64,000 nucleotides of DNA, from NCBI RefSeq assembly GCF_964355755.1, contig NC_092678.1, positions 5,410,422-5,474,421 of the forward strand. Reading direction: 5' to 3'. The position numbers and the translations under genes are program-made. The notes under the pieces were generated by a model, which had not been told where the DNA came from, made no database searches, and saw nothing but the letters and a program-made list of their open reading frames with translations. The stretch comes from Antedon mediterranea. Taxonomy: Eukaryota; Animalia; Echinodermata. Below are positions 9,940 through 23,600 of the stretch, one piece after another (positions within the stretch are counted from its first letter, which is position 1; each line of letters opens with the position of its first letter).

Positions 9940-12840
9940 ATCTTTATTCAAAAATGAAAACAACAAATTTACAAAAAAATTCATAAAATATAGCAGCATT
10001 TAGGGACGCATGCGTCCCATGCTGAATTGCATTTCATGATAACATTAAAACAAGTGATAACAATTTAAAAAAAAAAAAAAAGGATCGAGGGGCTTAACTC
10101 ACAAATTAAATTCGTTGATTAAGTTAATCAAATAAGGCAGAGGACTGTTACTATGACGCACTGTATTACAATTGACATTGCGAATCCTGTCGGCATTACG
10201 GGTGTTGTATTTGTGCACAACATTACCCCTGGAAGGAAGAAGTGAGAACAATTTAGACTGAGGATTCAAGATGGATTTAGCAAAGGCAATACATAGGTCC
10301 CGACGCCTGTGACTCAGACCATCCAGGCGCAACGTGACCAAAGCATCGTCATAACCAGTATAATTCCTACCCAAAACAATTCTCCAGGCACGTTTCTGGA
10401 CCCGTTCGATTGCATTAATGTGATCAATTGTAAGGCCACCATTCCAAACGGGTACCGCATATTCTAAAACTGGTCGTACCGCACCTAAATACACTGACAC
10501 AAGATCATCAGAAGGAACACCACGACGTTTAAGCGTTCTCAAAGAGAAAAGTTTGCTATTACCTCTTCTAACTATGTAATCAACATGTCTGTCCCACTTT
10601 AAGTTGGACTGAATAAAAATGCCAAGCAGTTTAACACAATCACGTGTGAAAATAACCTGATCATTAAGGATGATATTAGGAGGAGGAGGGGGTCTGTTAG
10701 AAAAACAAACGTCCATAATGTGACATTTTTTAGGGTTAAGTCTCATGTTGCTTTTTTCGGCCCAAGCAAGAAGACTAGATGCACAACCAGGAAGTAACGA
10801 AGATTGACTAATCTTACGGGATTCTACAAATGTAAGATCATCAACATATTTATAGTGTTGGATCAGTTGATCATTGTTGTTACCGGAAGCGTCATTAATC
10901 ATTGCCGAAAAGACAATTGGTCCTAATTTAGTGCCCTGAGGCACTCCAGCGTTAACAACAGCTTTATCGGATAAGGTGCCCTTATATTTAAGTTGATGAA
11001 CACGGCAACTCAGAAATTCAGCAATCCAAGCGATATTAGCAGAGGGAACATTCATGTCCCACAGACGCTGCACAGCTATAGAATGATCAACAAAAGATCG
11101 AATGCTTTGGAGATATCCGTAAAAAGGATAGATGAGACAGCACGAGGAGTATCAGCGTGACGATGTAGCTTATTCAAAACACTGATAAGGCAATGGTTGG
11201 TAGAGACTCCTTTCAAATTACCGAATTGCATTTTATCCAACTTAGCCTTCATTGCTGAGATGGTGTCAATAGCAACGAAATGTTCCGCAATCTTCGCGAA
11301 ATGATCCGTAATGGCAATAGGTCTCATATTGCTCAAGGAAAAAGGAACATTGACAGCTTTGGGAATTGGAACCACATAGGCCCGCTTCCATTGGTGTGGA
11401 ACTACCGATTCTTGATATGAACAATTAATGACATGGCAAAGAGGACCGGAAAGTTCATAAGCAAAAGATTTAATAAACTTGGCAGATATCAGATCGGTCG
11501 GGTCCACACGAGGTGCGTAGTTTGACCTTATTCAGTTGCATGAAAACTTCCCAAGGCTCTACTTGTTGAGGTTTATTCGATGGAAGAAAGGCTGGTAATA
11601 TCTTTCTGTCTAATGCCTCAAGTGAATCATTGACATTGGTCAAATGAGCACAAACACTATCAGCAATAACTTTTTCAGCGTTATCCAACACGATATCTCT
11701 TTGTTTACATCGCCCCGAGAGGGTACGAATGTGTTTATGCCACTCAGCGGAAGACATACCTTTTAGGTTCCTAACATTTTTAGCGTAGTAGTCCTTCATG
11801 TCTGCACGTATAACTGTATTTACCTTGTTACGAAAAAATCTCCACAGGTGTTCCTTGTTTTTTGCAAAGGCGTCTTGTCTCTTTTTAATTAATGATTTCG
11901 TCAGAGCGGAAACCCAAGGTTTGTCAGTCGGATGACGTTTCACAACACGTTTCGGGAAGAACGCATCAATAGAATCCTGGAGAGTATCGTAGAATTTTGT
12001 ACATTTTTCTTGTGCTCCAGAGGCACTAAAAATATCACTCCAGTCGTGATCAATGATCCACTGTCCATATTCACATATTTTGCTATCAGGCATCGGGCGG
12101 ACGATCTGTTTACTTGACTTATTGCAAACGCGAACATTTGCAACAGGCTTCAAAAGAACACAATTATGGTCACTCAGACCTAAGGGTGGTAATATAACAG
12201 GAGTATTATAATGTACACTCACGTTTGTGATTATCTTGTCCAAAATAGCATCCTTTCTGGTGGGTTTATTAACAATCTGTGTCAACGATTTAGATAAAAT
12301 ACCTCTTAGCTCAAGACGATTAAAGTCACCCATGATAATAATGCCGGTCAAAGGCTGCTTAGTGAAGATCTGGTCAATTGTTGATGACAAGTGATCGATG
12401 AGGGAATTGTGCTTTCCGGAAGATAGTAAACAACACCAATAACCAACCTGGCAATAGACCTAGGTAGTCGTCGCGGACGAGCTACAACCCATAGGCATTC
12501 GGTATCGTTTGACACAATTACGTCTTTAAGGATATTACAGTTGATGTTGTCTTTAACGTATAAGGCGACTCCACCACCACGTCATGCATCACGGGAGTTA
12601 GAATGAAGCGTATATCCGTCAATACTTAAACATTCCACAGGATGGTCAGAAGCAAACCAAGATTCAGTAATCGCAGCAATGTCAACATTATTATGGTCTA
12701 ATATAAGTTCAAATTCCTCAAGTTTATTGTTCAGTGATCTAGGGTTGCTGAGCAAAAAAGATGGAAGAACAAACTCACCATTTTTTTTGTACGAGCACAC
12801 CGTTTTTATATTAACGAGATTGTTCAGGTTTTTGTCTTAA
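9940..12840 (-). mobile_element. CR1/L2-clade LINE ORF2 (APE endonuclease + reverse transcriptase), frameshifted, in an intron of copy 2
   Basis: Endonuclease motifs NPRSL, ITESW, GDFN, LDKI, SDH; RT motifs RPIAIT, DISKAFD, GVPQGTKLGP, YVDD; split over ORFs 12582-12800, 11470-12390, 11076-11507 and 10099-11073. Minus-strand AATAAA near 9943-9948; ends approximate. Confidence 0.88.
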
Positions 12841-15279
12841 TTATGCCAAGCAAAATGAATTTCCTAGTGTACCAATAAAATATCAGGTATAACAGGTCTA
12901 ACTCATATATCAGTCTATTAGCTCTAACACAAAAACAGGTAATAATTGTTACTTTTTTTAAAGTAGTAGGCCGGTTAAACATTTATTATTCAGAATGCTT
13001 TTTATTGAAGGATGACTTAGAATTTGGACAGTCTAGTCCTAGCTTAAATTCGGTTTTCAGAGATGCTTTGGGAAAGAAATTGTAAAAATCTGTTTATCAA
13101 ATTTTTGTACACAGTAGATGAACAAGAACATTCAGATGCGTCCACGGAGAGTGTTGATCTCATGGAAGGAGGTAATTTTATTTTTCAGCATTAAAATGTA
13201 TCCCACAATTGACTATTTGATATCACCCTGTGCTCTACATTTATGGCCAGAGATATCCCTTGCCTTTTTATTCATCAACAAATTTTTAAAATTATTCAAG
13301 TTTACTACTTTAATCTTTAAAAAAACCACTCTAATTAAGACATTATAATTACTTGTGTACCATAAAGCAATAACAGCAACACTGGCATTCTTTTAAAGAT
13401 ACACATAGGCCTACAGATGTGCAAGGTGTATTCACATTACAGTCTGAAGATCCTGAAGATGGTAAACATTTTAAATTTTCATGAAAAGTATTTTAAATTA
13501 CCTGGGAATCAGAAAAATACACTAAAACATTGTTTAATCTTGTTTTATTATTACATTTCTAGCTCTTTATGATTTCTACGTTGTAAGTGATGATGGTCTT
13601 TGGGAAAAAGGTGTGATAGAGAAGCTGCAAAAACGAAATCCAAATATAAAATGCCTGAGTCGCCAAGACAAGAAAACTTCACTTGATAGAGTAGAAAACT
13701 TGGTAAATCTTACAAAGATGTGTAGAACGGTAGTAGTGGGCTTTACGTCAAAAGTACATAGTCATGTTTCACGAAAAGTTGCAACACATATGGTTGACCA
13801 AAATGTATTTGAGAACAAGAAAACGAGCACAACTGATTGTAGTAAGAATAGACGAGGATGTTAGATTACCCACAAACTTGCAAACATTAGATATTTTCAA
13901 TAGTTGGGAAACTGATATTTACAAAAGGATCCTGAATACACGAAATGAAATACGTAAGTTTATTTCACATCTAGCAATATTTTGATCTCCATAGCTTGAT
14001 GTCATAATCCATAGCAAAATTTAAAACTTGCAAGCAAGACCAAATCATATTATTAATCAAATTACAATATATTTATGAAAATAAATTGAAAGATTTATAA
14101 ACAGAGTATACTTGAGATTATAATGGTTTTTGTTTCATTTTGGGCTTAATCATTTTCTTTTTTCCCAAACGCATCCAACAGGGAGAAACTTACCGGATGG
14201 ATAAACTATTAGGCTTATCATTTTTAGAGCTTAGGGGGTGGATTAGAAATACTCGTGAGTTATAACTGTGATACTAGGATACTAGGACAGGATTGAACCC
14301 ATTTAAAAATTAAATAATCTAATATTTGTATACACATAGGTATTCCAATTAAAGCAACAACAAATTATCCCGAAAACGAAACTTGTGTTTTCAATCCTTC
14401 AACTTTTAAGAGATTGAAAGAATTTTTTCTAAGAAGATTTTGCGCCATATTAAGATGTATTGGAAGGGGATCTATAATCTTCCACCTTTTTGTAAACGAT
14501 GGCAGCAGGTTGAAGATGCTATGGGAAATTCATGTAAAGAAAGAGTTGGATAAAGAACTGGAAGCAATATTGGATTGTTCTGGATGTAAATTAACAACAG
14601 ATATAGATGCACATGATTACAAGGTTGTTCTTAGAAAACTAATGGTAAAAAGTACGTGAGTTGATTTTTTAAAAAACACCATCTATTTTTATTATGTTCT
14701 AATTGTAAGATGAGATATATTTATTGTGCGCTTTTTTATAGGTTTACATTAATTTTTATCTAAATTGTTTCTTAATGGACCAGAAACTATATATACTATT
14801 GAAACGAATTACTAAATTTATCCAAAAAAAAGTTAAACTTTGCCAATTTAACAGTTGCAGTAGGGACCCTTATAGGAAACTTTGTAATTTTGTTTACAAC
14901 TATTTTGTGAATATATGATGAAAAAGTGCAATAACAAAAACATTCATCAATCATCAATTTCGTTTAGGTGCAAGCAGCCAAACAGCAACCGAAGGAGCCA
15001 TTGCATCAATCAGTACTACAGTAAGTTTTCAATTTATCTAACATGCCGATGGACATGGCATGCAACAAAAGCCAGTTTCGGACTTGAAATAGACACAATT
15101 TAACCCTTTTCAATGCAATCAGGATAAAAAATATTCAGATTTGTGTAAATAACCAAAGTTCTAAGAAAAATCGACCCAAAATCTTTGAATGCACACGAGA
15201 ATTGTCACCATGACCACAGTTAGTTAGTCCCAAAATTGGAAACTCGTTAATAACTAACTATAAATACAACATTTTACAG

Positions 15280-16521
15280 GTGTCAAATCAAGAAATGCAT
15301 ACTAGATGTGAAGACCATCCAGATAACGAAGTACTATTGTTTTGTGGAACATGTAGCAAACGTGCCTGCAAGAATTGCCAACATTTTGTGCAGTGCTATA
15401 AAAAACATGATACTTTACCAATGATATACCTGTCATCAACACTCGTTATCATTGATAAAGACGATAAATCTATTACTGTTACTAAAAGGCAAACATTTGT
15501 AGTGAGGGCAACTCGTTTGGATAAAAGCGATGCATGTAATGTAGTTGCTACTCTGGTAACTCCATCAGGTGAACAAACTGCCACTGAGGTAGAAGACATT
15601 GGAAATGGAGAGTATAGAATAAAAGGAAGATGTGACGAGGAAGGTGATTGGAAGATGGAGATCACTGCTGGAGTGGAACACATCAAAGGAACACAAGTTA
15701 ATATCAAAGTGGAACCACTAGGACTTGTACATACAATTGATAAAATAGCAGACCACAAAGTAGATAAAAAATACTCAATAACGGATGTAGATCTATATAA
15801 AGATGGTTGTATCTTAGTATCAAGTCTCTCTAATGAGTTACTCAAGTTTAATCAATCAGGTGAATTTGTTGCCAATATTCAATTGGCACACAATGTTAGA
15901 GTCAATAAAATGTATACAATGGTTAATGGTTGCATTATGTATAGCGACACAGAAGGAAAGAGGGTAGTAATGTGTAATGACAAATTAGAAGAAATCAGTC
16001 AATTTGGTAAAGGAATATTGAAACATCCAAGTGGGTTGACGGTAAACAATGAAAAAAGAGTTATGCATGTTGCAGACTTTATTGATCATTGTGTGTTTAA
16101 ATTTGATATCGATGATGGAAGGAAGCTGGGTGAGATAGGTTTTGAGGATGGAGAATTGTATTATTCACGTGATGTCAGTTTAACCAAGGAAGGTAATTTA
16201 TTGGTTACTGATTGGGATAATCATAGAATACCAATGTTTGATGCCAATGGTACATTTGTCAAAACATTTGTAAGCGAAGGTGAACAAGATGGAAAAGTCA
16301 GGTATCCCTGTGCTATAGAAATGGACAGGGATGACAACATAATAGTAGCTAGTGAAAACAAAGTACAATTATTTGATGAAAATGGGGTTTTCATCAAACG
16401 AATAGATGGCATAAATGATGGCATTAATAGTCCATGTGGAATCAGTGTGATATCCAATAGACCAAGGAGAGTAGCCATTGCAAATGGTGGAAAGAATAAT
16501 GTGAAAATATTTAATTACTAA
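15280..16521 (+). CDS. Terminal exon of copy 2: B-box2 zinc finger, filamin, NHL repeats
   Basis: CEDH...FCGTCSKRACKNC...C...H is joined directly to filamin; NHL part nearly identical to copy 1; acceptor TTTTACAG ends at 15279. Confidence 0.88.
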   Translation: MSNQEMHTRCEDHPDNEVLLFCGTCSKRACKNCQHFVQCYKKHDTLPMIYLSSTLVIIDKDDKSITVTKRQTFVVRATRLDKSDACNVVATLVTPSGEQTATEVEDIGNGEYRIKGRCDEEGDWKMEITAGVEHIKGTQVNIKVEPLGLVHTIDKIADHKVDKKYSITDVDLYKDGCILVSSLSNELLKFNQSGEFVANIQLAHNVRVNKMYTMVNGCIMYSDTEGKRVVMCNDKLEEISQFGKGILKHPSGLTVNNEKRVMHVADFIDHCVFKFDIDDGRKLGEIGFEDGELYYSRDVSLTKEGNLLVTDWDNHRIPMFDANGTFVKTFVSEGEQDGKVRYPCAIEMDRDDNIIVASENKVQLFDENGVFIKRIDGINDGINSPCGISVISNRPRRVAIANGGKNNVKIFNY

Positions 16522-16591
16522 ACAGAAAAAATGTTTTGTATTTAAAACATTACTGAAAACTTATAAATATGTAATAAGTATTATGTAGGTT

Positions 16592-17304
16592 AACAAGGCC
16601 ATATAGATGGCTGCAGTCGCGTGCTTAGTGTTTACCGACCGACCGACCAACCTACCAACTGACCGAAATTACTGAACATGTTTAAAAATGTTGAAATGTT
16701 TAAAAACAGTTATATTTTCTTAATTTACACGTGCGTAGCCTGTCACTTTTGACTTACTCGTATAACGTAATTTCGAGTTGAAAAGTAAGTCAAGAAAACA
16801 GAAATCGGGCAAAAAGAGTGCGCAATAACATTTAACGTGCAGTGCGCGCGCAAAAATCTGCGCACTCATGCCAATTTTGTAAACGCTTAAAATTGCCTGA
16901 AACGTACTCTTATTTCATCGAAAATAAATTTTGAAAATTTTAAGCGCGCGTACCCATGCGTTACATGCGCTACGCACATAATTGTATTGCCATATGATGA
17001 TTTATGCCCTGAAATTTATGAGTACCAAATTTTATTTAATTGTGATTCATGGTTGTGAAGATATGATTACAAACGTGATTTTGTTAAATCGTGCGTAGAC
17101 CGTGTAATTTTTTATTGCGCATCGTGAAAACATAACCACATCGATTCCTGGCCATAAGGAATATACTGTGAAAAATACTTAGCTAGATTAAACTGATATC
17201 AAGATAAGGTCAGAAAGCGATAAAACGCATAGTGATACCGGACCGACAGACAGACCGACCGACCGACATAGTGAACTATAGAGTCGCTTCCACGCGACTA
17301 AAAA
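16592..17304 (-). mobile_element. DINE-1/HINE-like element (segmental duplicate of 5545-6264)
   Basis: Near-identical sequence and flanks to 5545-6264. Confidence 0.65.
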
Positions 17305-18059
17305 CAAAGAAACTTAGCTTGCTGCAATTTCTGAAACTTTAATGAAATATCTTGTACTAAATGTAATACAGTATAAACTAATGTATGATTAGATTTGATG
17401 ATATTTTAGTAATGAAAGTAGTTGAATGAAAGTGAAATAAAATAAATAAATCCAAATATTTTGAATAGTGAATTTCTCAATTAATGCGTTCCTCTTTAAA
17501 TAGACCGTGGCATATAGTGCAGTCGGTGGTGGTGGTCACTGTGTTGTGCACTAAAACCGTGAAAGACCATAGGTTTCCTTTGATCCGCGGTTCAAATCCT
17601 ATCTATGTGTGTGTGTTCCAACTGGCGGCTTTGAATACATGAGATGTTAAGCCGTTAAGAGTCGAATCCTCTACTTTCTCTACACCCTTTGGTTCTTGTG
17701 AAAGAAGTCCGATTGTGGCGTTTGCGGAACAGGGTGGATTAAGGTTATGTTTTCAATCAAAAAAATAAAAAATTGTTTTTCTGTTATTACTTGATAAAAC
17801 AATAGAATAAACATTGAATAATGGAAGACAATAACTTCGTAAAAACAATAAATATATAAAACTAAAATTTGCTGTTTAGCGGCCAGAGGATATTTACCAG
17901 TGGTCAGCATTTTGACATAAATAATGCTGGCCAAAAAAAAAATTCTTGGACTGGAAATTTTTTGTATTATATGGCTGCCAACACTTTTCATTTTTTTTTT
18001 AAATTGCGATGCATGTCATTTCAGGAAAATTATAAAAAAAATTACTTTTTTTTAGACGA

Positions 18060-18795
18060 ATAATTCTTTTCCTCATCTCTAGAAACCTTTCCATCAGTAA
18101 ATGGCAGTCTGTTGGATAAAATTGCTTAAGCAAAACAAATCTAGAATTCCATAAAACAAAAAAAGCAATGAAGTTTCACCACATAAACTCAGCTGTGGTG
18201 AATGTTGACGATGATGGTGACCATAGTGATGATGGTGACCATAGTGATGATGGTGACCATAGTGATGATGGTGACCATAGTGATGATGGTGACCATAGTG
18301 ATGATGGTCCTGCTCATAAAGATAAACATATACAGACGAAACTGAGCAACAATTTAAAATAAATGTTACTTGGCCTTGTTTGGGATGGATTGAGGTGTGT
18401 GAGGATGCCGTACAAGCATTGGTCCTGATGTCATATCACCTTTTTCAAACATCTCTTTTGTTTGTGCTTTTTTAATATGTTTGGTTTTTAATAAAAACGA
18501 AACCTGAAAAGAATTTTACTCAGTAAACTGGAACACAAAAAGATGAGAAAAATAGTAGTGTGTGAATCATGACATCATTTTACACACAATAGGACATAGT
18601 TTGTACTGAGCATGCTCAAAAGTGAAAAGACCTCCATACCTGTATGCCATTTGTTGACTGAGATCATTCGTTTCTTTTAGTGTTTAGGTTGTGGTGGCGT
18701 GACTGTCGTGTAAGACGCTACTCCATTATTTGACGTTTTTCAAATGCAAAACGAGCACGTCCTGCTTTTTTAAAACGAAGTAGTTGATTCCTACA
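18060..18795 (-). pseudogene. Degenerate duplicated exons of the minus-strand gene at 40-47 kb
   Basis: Matches 41480-42580 (e.g. TTCCATCAGTAAATG, TTGGCCTTGTTTGGGATGGATTGAGG, CAAATGCAAAACGAGCACG) with internal deletions; a shorter copy lies at ~7030-8300. Confidence 0.65.
18210..18308. repeat. 18-bp tandem repeat (GATGATGGTGACCATAGT) x5
   Basis: Read directly; single unit at the paralogous site ~8110. Confidence 0.9.
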
Positions 18796-20601
18796 TTTTA
18801 AAAGAAAAACGTTTTTAAACTTAGTTTACACAAGTACAATTAAACTCAACAATTGAAAAATACCTCAACGAAAAGGCGGCAAGAATATTTCTCGGTCAGC
18901 AGTCAGGTCAGCAGTTTCCTCAGTGTCAACAAATTTATAAAAGTAGTATCATTTTATGATTATATAATACACTGGCGGATCCTCCGTACCCTCCGTACGC
19001 CCCCCTCCCCTCCCTTATAAATCTGGAGATTAAAAAATTATCCAACTATAAGGGAAAAAAATTGTGGAAAAAGCGTAAAAAAGAGTAAAGTACTTTCACT
19101 TTTGATTCAGCGACGTGCTAATTTACTTTTATTAGAGGTCAACACTGCCGTTGCTGTCTGTAAATTTCTAAGAGTTGCGAAATGAATTGCCAATTCACCT
19201 GAAACGCATTTTGGTCCCTGGATGCAGGGAGTTGTTAACTCCCTGCTGGATGTAACATGATATTGACGCGTGATATCGTACCCATACTCGGGGCGCACGA
19301 ACGATTCGTACAAAGAACACCGCTATACAAACGCGTAGGCATACCTATTGTTTAGATCACTGGCAGGCAGAAGCTTAAATATAAGTGTATATACGTCAAA
19401 AATGGAACGCCGTGGTTACCACCTACAGATCATCATCATAGAGGATATGTTAATAATAATATAGTACACTAACTGTGGTAACTGTGTACTATAGTATACA
19501 TTATATCAACCGATTTTTTTTCTAGGCCACCCACCCAACTGTATCAATACCTATTTATATATATAATATTTAATTTCTTCAACAAATTGATGTAGGCCTA
19601 CATCAATATTGAACTATAATAAGCATTACATTTTCGCTTTTTCGAGGCTTCCACTAGATGTACGCATTGAACTTTTGAACGCAATCAAAACTATATTATA
19701 ATACTGAGTGAATGAAATCGGCAACAAAATGTTATATCGTCCTGTAATTAGTCACGTGTGTTTATCGGAGGGAAAAAGTATGATCTTTTCCTGCAAATTA
19801 GAGGTGCCATTTATCATGAATTTAATTTTATGTGCGACAGTACCATTTCTTTCGGCCATCTCGCCACAGGTCCTGTGGACAAGCAGCTTTTTCCGCCATG
19901 TACGTGCAAACGCTGACTTGCTCGAAACGCCCTGTTGTGACGCTTTTACTAAAAAAAGGCCTATAGGGAAAATGTCACCCTTTAATAGGCTTGTACCTCA
20001 GTTTTCATACATAGGTGCGGATTGATATTGTTTTTCATAAACCATTTCTATACAACGTTCTAAAGTGTATAGTTGTATTTTAAATATAAATCTATACAAG
20101 GAAGCTTTGCCCCAACCCGGGTCATTTACCTCCGCCACTATACACATTGTATTTTGTGTTTATAATTGCATTATTCAACATAGCCCCGAGCTGAAATTTC
20201 ATCTATCGCAATCAAACGAACGCTATAATAATGGTTTCAATTGTTGTTATAATTTCTATTGATATGCATATCAATAATAAACGGTTAACCATATGAAGTA
20301 CTTCATGTAAATTCACTAATAACAGACTACGCAACTAATAAACTATGGAATCCTCTTTCAAGAAAATATTTTTAGAAAAACATTAAAAATAACGAAAATG
20401 CCTATTAAATGTATTAATGATTCGTTAATAATATAACACTAATAATCTACTTTTCTGAATTTTATTTTCCATTGTTAAGTCAACCAATACTAAACGTAAT
20501 CATACACCTATTCGTACATAACAATTGTTGTCGATTTTTATTAAATTGTGCATATCATTATTATCGTTCCTAAAAGATAAGACTGTTCTTTGATCTTCAA
20601 A

Positions 20602-23600
20602 ATGTCGGCACAACAAGGGAGTATATCTTCTACAGTAAGTATGAAGTTTTTAAGGCATACTGTGTATATATTATTATCAATAATAATAGCATATTTGTGT
20701 AAAAATCAACCTTGCTACCATTACTATGTATCAATTGTTAAGCCTGGGTAGGGAACATACATACATGTGTTTGTATTTAAGGGTTAGGTTGTTAAAGCCG
20801 GGAAATATTTAATTCAATATTCTCCTGTCATGTGGGCACAGCTTGTCAAAGACATTAAAACACAAGCAAAAGATATAGAACTGGAATATGAAGTACGTAT
20901 TAATGATACAGTATAAGCATTTTTTACCTTGAATGATTTGCTTTATGGTTTTAAGAACATGCAAGTAACCAAACATTCTCAGAATTACTTAAGGAAATAA
21001 GTGATTTATATAGATATAAATTAAACAAATACAGTTTTTGAATCAAATTTAGTTGCATGTAGCGATGTGTCTAAAACGTCAACCAACGACATGAATGATG
21101 AATTATCCAATCCTTTAAACAGACTAAAATTATTACCATTCTTCAATTATCACTCTGCGTAAACTCGCATTCTTTCTCAAATATCTACAACATATAATCG
21201 TTCCCGTGCAAGTTGAGTGAACATTGGAATGACGCGATGTTGTGTATTAAAAATTATCACAAAAAAATGTTTTTGTTCTTGCACTTGCGAAATATGGAAT
21301 GGAATGACAAGAACTGCTGATCTAATCAAATTACTAAATATAAATCAATCAATCATTTGAGTGAGGTCCAATAGAAGAAAAACGCCTAAACTTTTTTATA
21401 AAAAATGGCCGTCATAAATCAGATATAACTTGTGACGTCGTACGTATCAAGAAGTATTTTATTATAATAGACTAAATAATGGCTTCAGTTATGCTTATAA
21501 TTTCCATTATACGCACAATATGTATAACAATAACTTAACAGTTCATGTTTCTTGAATGGTGGAAACACACAAGACGCACCTTTCTTCATCAAAGTGGTTT
21601 ACGAAAGTACTTTAGAAATGGTTTTTATTTAATAACATTATGCCTAGAATGCATTAACACGGTTTAAAATACACAAATATTAATGAATATTTTGTATAAT
21701 TTTTAATTTCAATGTTCATGCAAACAAATGGAATATCAAATATTTTAATAATACATAACATTGTCCATTCATCCATAACACTCGTATTTGTAAAGATTTT
21801 TACTCTTCAACTTATCGTTGACAATAAACTGCGCTTTGCCTTCAAAATGTTGGAAAACTTAGAAAATATATCCTCTACCGTAAGTATACAGTTGTTTACA
21901 TGTTCATAAACTTTTACATGTTTATAAATGTCAGTAGGCTGACTACATTAATCTACAACAAGCTTTGCTACCAACATTGCCCGATGTTATGTGGTGTGGC
22001 ACGCACTGGGGTTTTGTGTGTAAAGTTATCGAGCAATTTCTTTGGGCTATGATTAGGTTAGGGCGAAAAAATAAATTTATTCTAAATTGTTCTTCATAAG
22101 GGAAGCATTCATTATGATTTATGAATAGATAAAAAAAACGTAATAAATGAATAAAAATAAACATATTTATGTTTTAGGTTTATTATTTGGTCTGTTTTAA
22201 AAAATATTGTTTATTTTTTCTTATCCAGGAAGAACAATTTGATGAATTATTGGAGAAAGTAAGTAAAAAATTTAAAAGGAAGAAAGAATTACTCGAGCTA
22301 AAAATTCTGTTGATGGACCACTTTGGCGACATGGCATCACACGAAATAGAAAAAATCAAAGCACTGGATTTGTTTAAGAGACTCAAATCCAATCGTTACA
22401 TTTCTTATGAACCTACAGATGTAGAGATTTTGATTGTCATTGCCGAGGAAACCGAAGAGGAAGAGACACTTAAATTACTAAATGAATTTAAAAATACGTA
22501 TAAAAACAACAATCTCGCGTACAGATTTTCCAAGGGCCATCCAATAGGTAACACACCGAAAAGCATTCTAACAACAGCAACAGACGAAGAACAATCTGCG
22601 ATGGAACTAAAACGTACTTTACGAAGGTACACTAATATGCATGAGCATGTTTATGGTGATACACTCATGCCTGAGGAAGTACGTAGAATGGCGGATAGCA
22701 CCGTATCAAGGGTAAAGTTTGAAAATTTGCTATTTTTATTAATATTGCTTTAATATTGCTTTTGTATTTTCTACTACAACTATTGTATTGTGTAGTTTGC
22801 TATAGTGATCCTCTTAATGAGTTTAATATTCCAAATCTTGGCAAAACAAGTAATATATAAGTAAGTTATCCGATCGGGTACTTATTTTAAAGTTTATATG
22901 ATTGATGATTTATTTTATGATGATTAACTTTACCATTCCAACAATTAGGGTAGGGCAAGAACATGAGGACGAGTTTAAAGCATCAAGAAGAGAAATGATG
23001 AACAATCCATAATCAAAAGTAGAGTCCACTAATCCCAGAATAAAATTTGTTTAGGCCTATTTGTTTTACTATTCCAGAAAAAGAAATTTCGTGACATGCT
23101 TTTAGATCTAAGTATTGCATATGGAGGGGACGAGGAAAAATTCCTCCAGCTAAAATATCTGCTGAAAGACCACTGTGACGGAATGCCGCCTGACGAAGGA
23201 ATAATGGAAGCACCGGCTTTGTTTTATCAACTTGAAAAAAGAGGCTATATTTCTCATAACCCTACAGATGTAGAGATTTTGTTAGACATTGCTAAGGAAA
23301 CAAAAGAGAATAAGGCATTTAATCTAATTAATGCTTTTAAAGAAAAGTATCGAAACAACGTCGGAAACTACGTGCCTACGAAGAACAAACCAATAGAGAA
23401 AGCTCGTAAAGAAATTCTAAGACAAGCAAGAGACTATGATCTAGACTTATATAAGATATATCATACAGATCCAGTAATATCGATTGAGGATATGTATTGT
23501 AATATTCACACATCTTCTGAAGAACTCAAAGAACAACAAAGAGGGTAAAGACTTTTTTTTTAAGCGATACATTTTCATAATAAATATTAAACTTCAATTT

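Larger units (their letters stand above)
9104..16521 (+). pseudogene. Array copy 2: DED-DED, linkers, TIR (frameshifted), TRADD-N-like, B-box, filamin, NHL (no coiled coil)
   Basis: Exons 9104-9638, 13115-13171, 13399-13461, 13563-13953 (391 nt, +1 frameshift near 13810, stop at 13864), 14340-14651, 14968-15020 and 15280-16521. Candidate non-coding first exon donor GTAAGT at 8890. Skipping the TIR exon would restore the frame. Confidence 0.72.

Noticed and set aside
18168-18362. ORF with DDGDHS repeats (metal-binding look)
   Set aside because: Product of a local 18-bp expansion in intron-derived pseudogene sequence.
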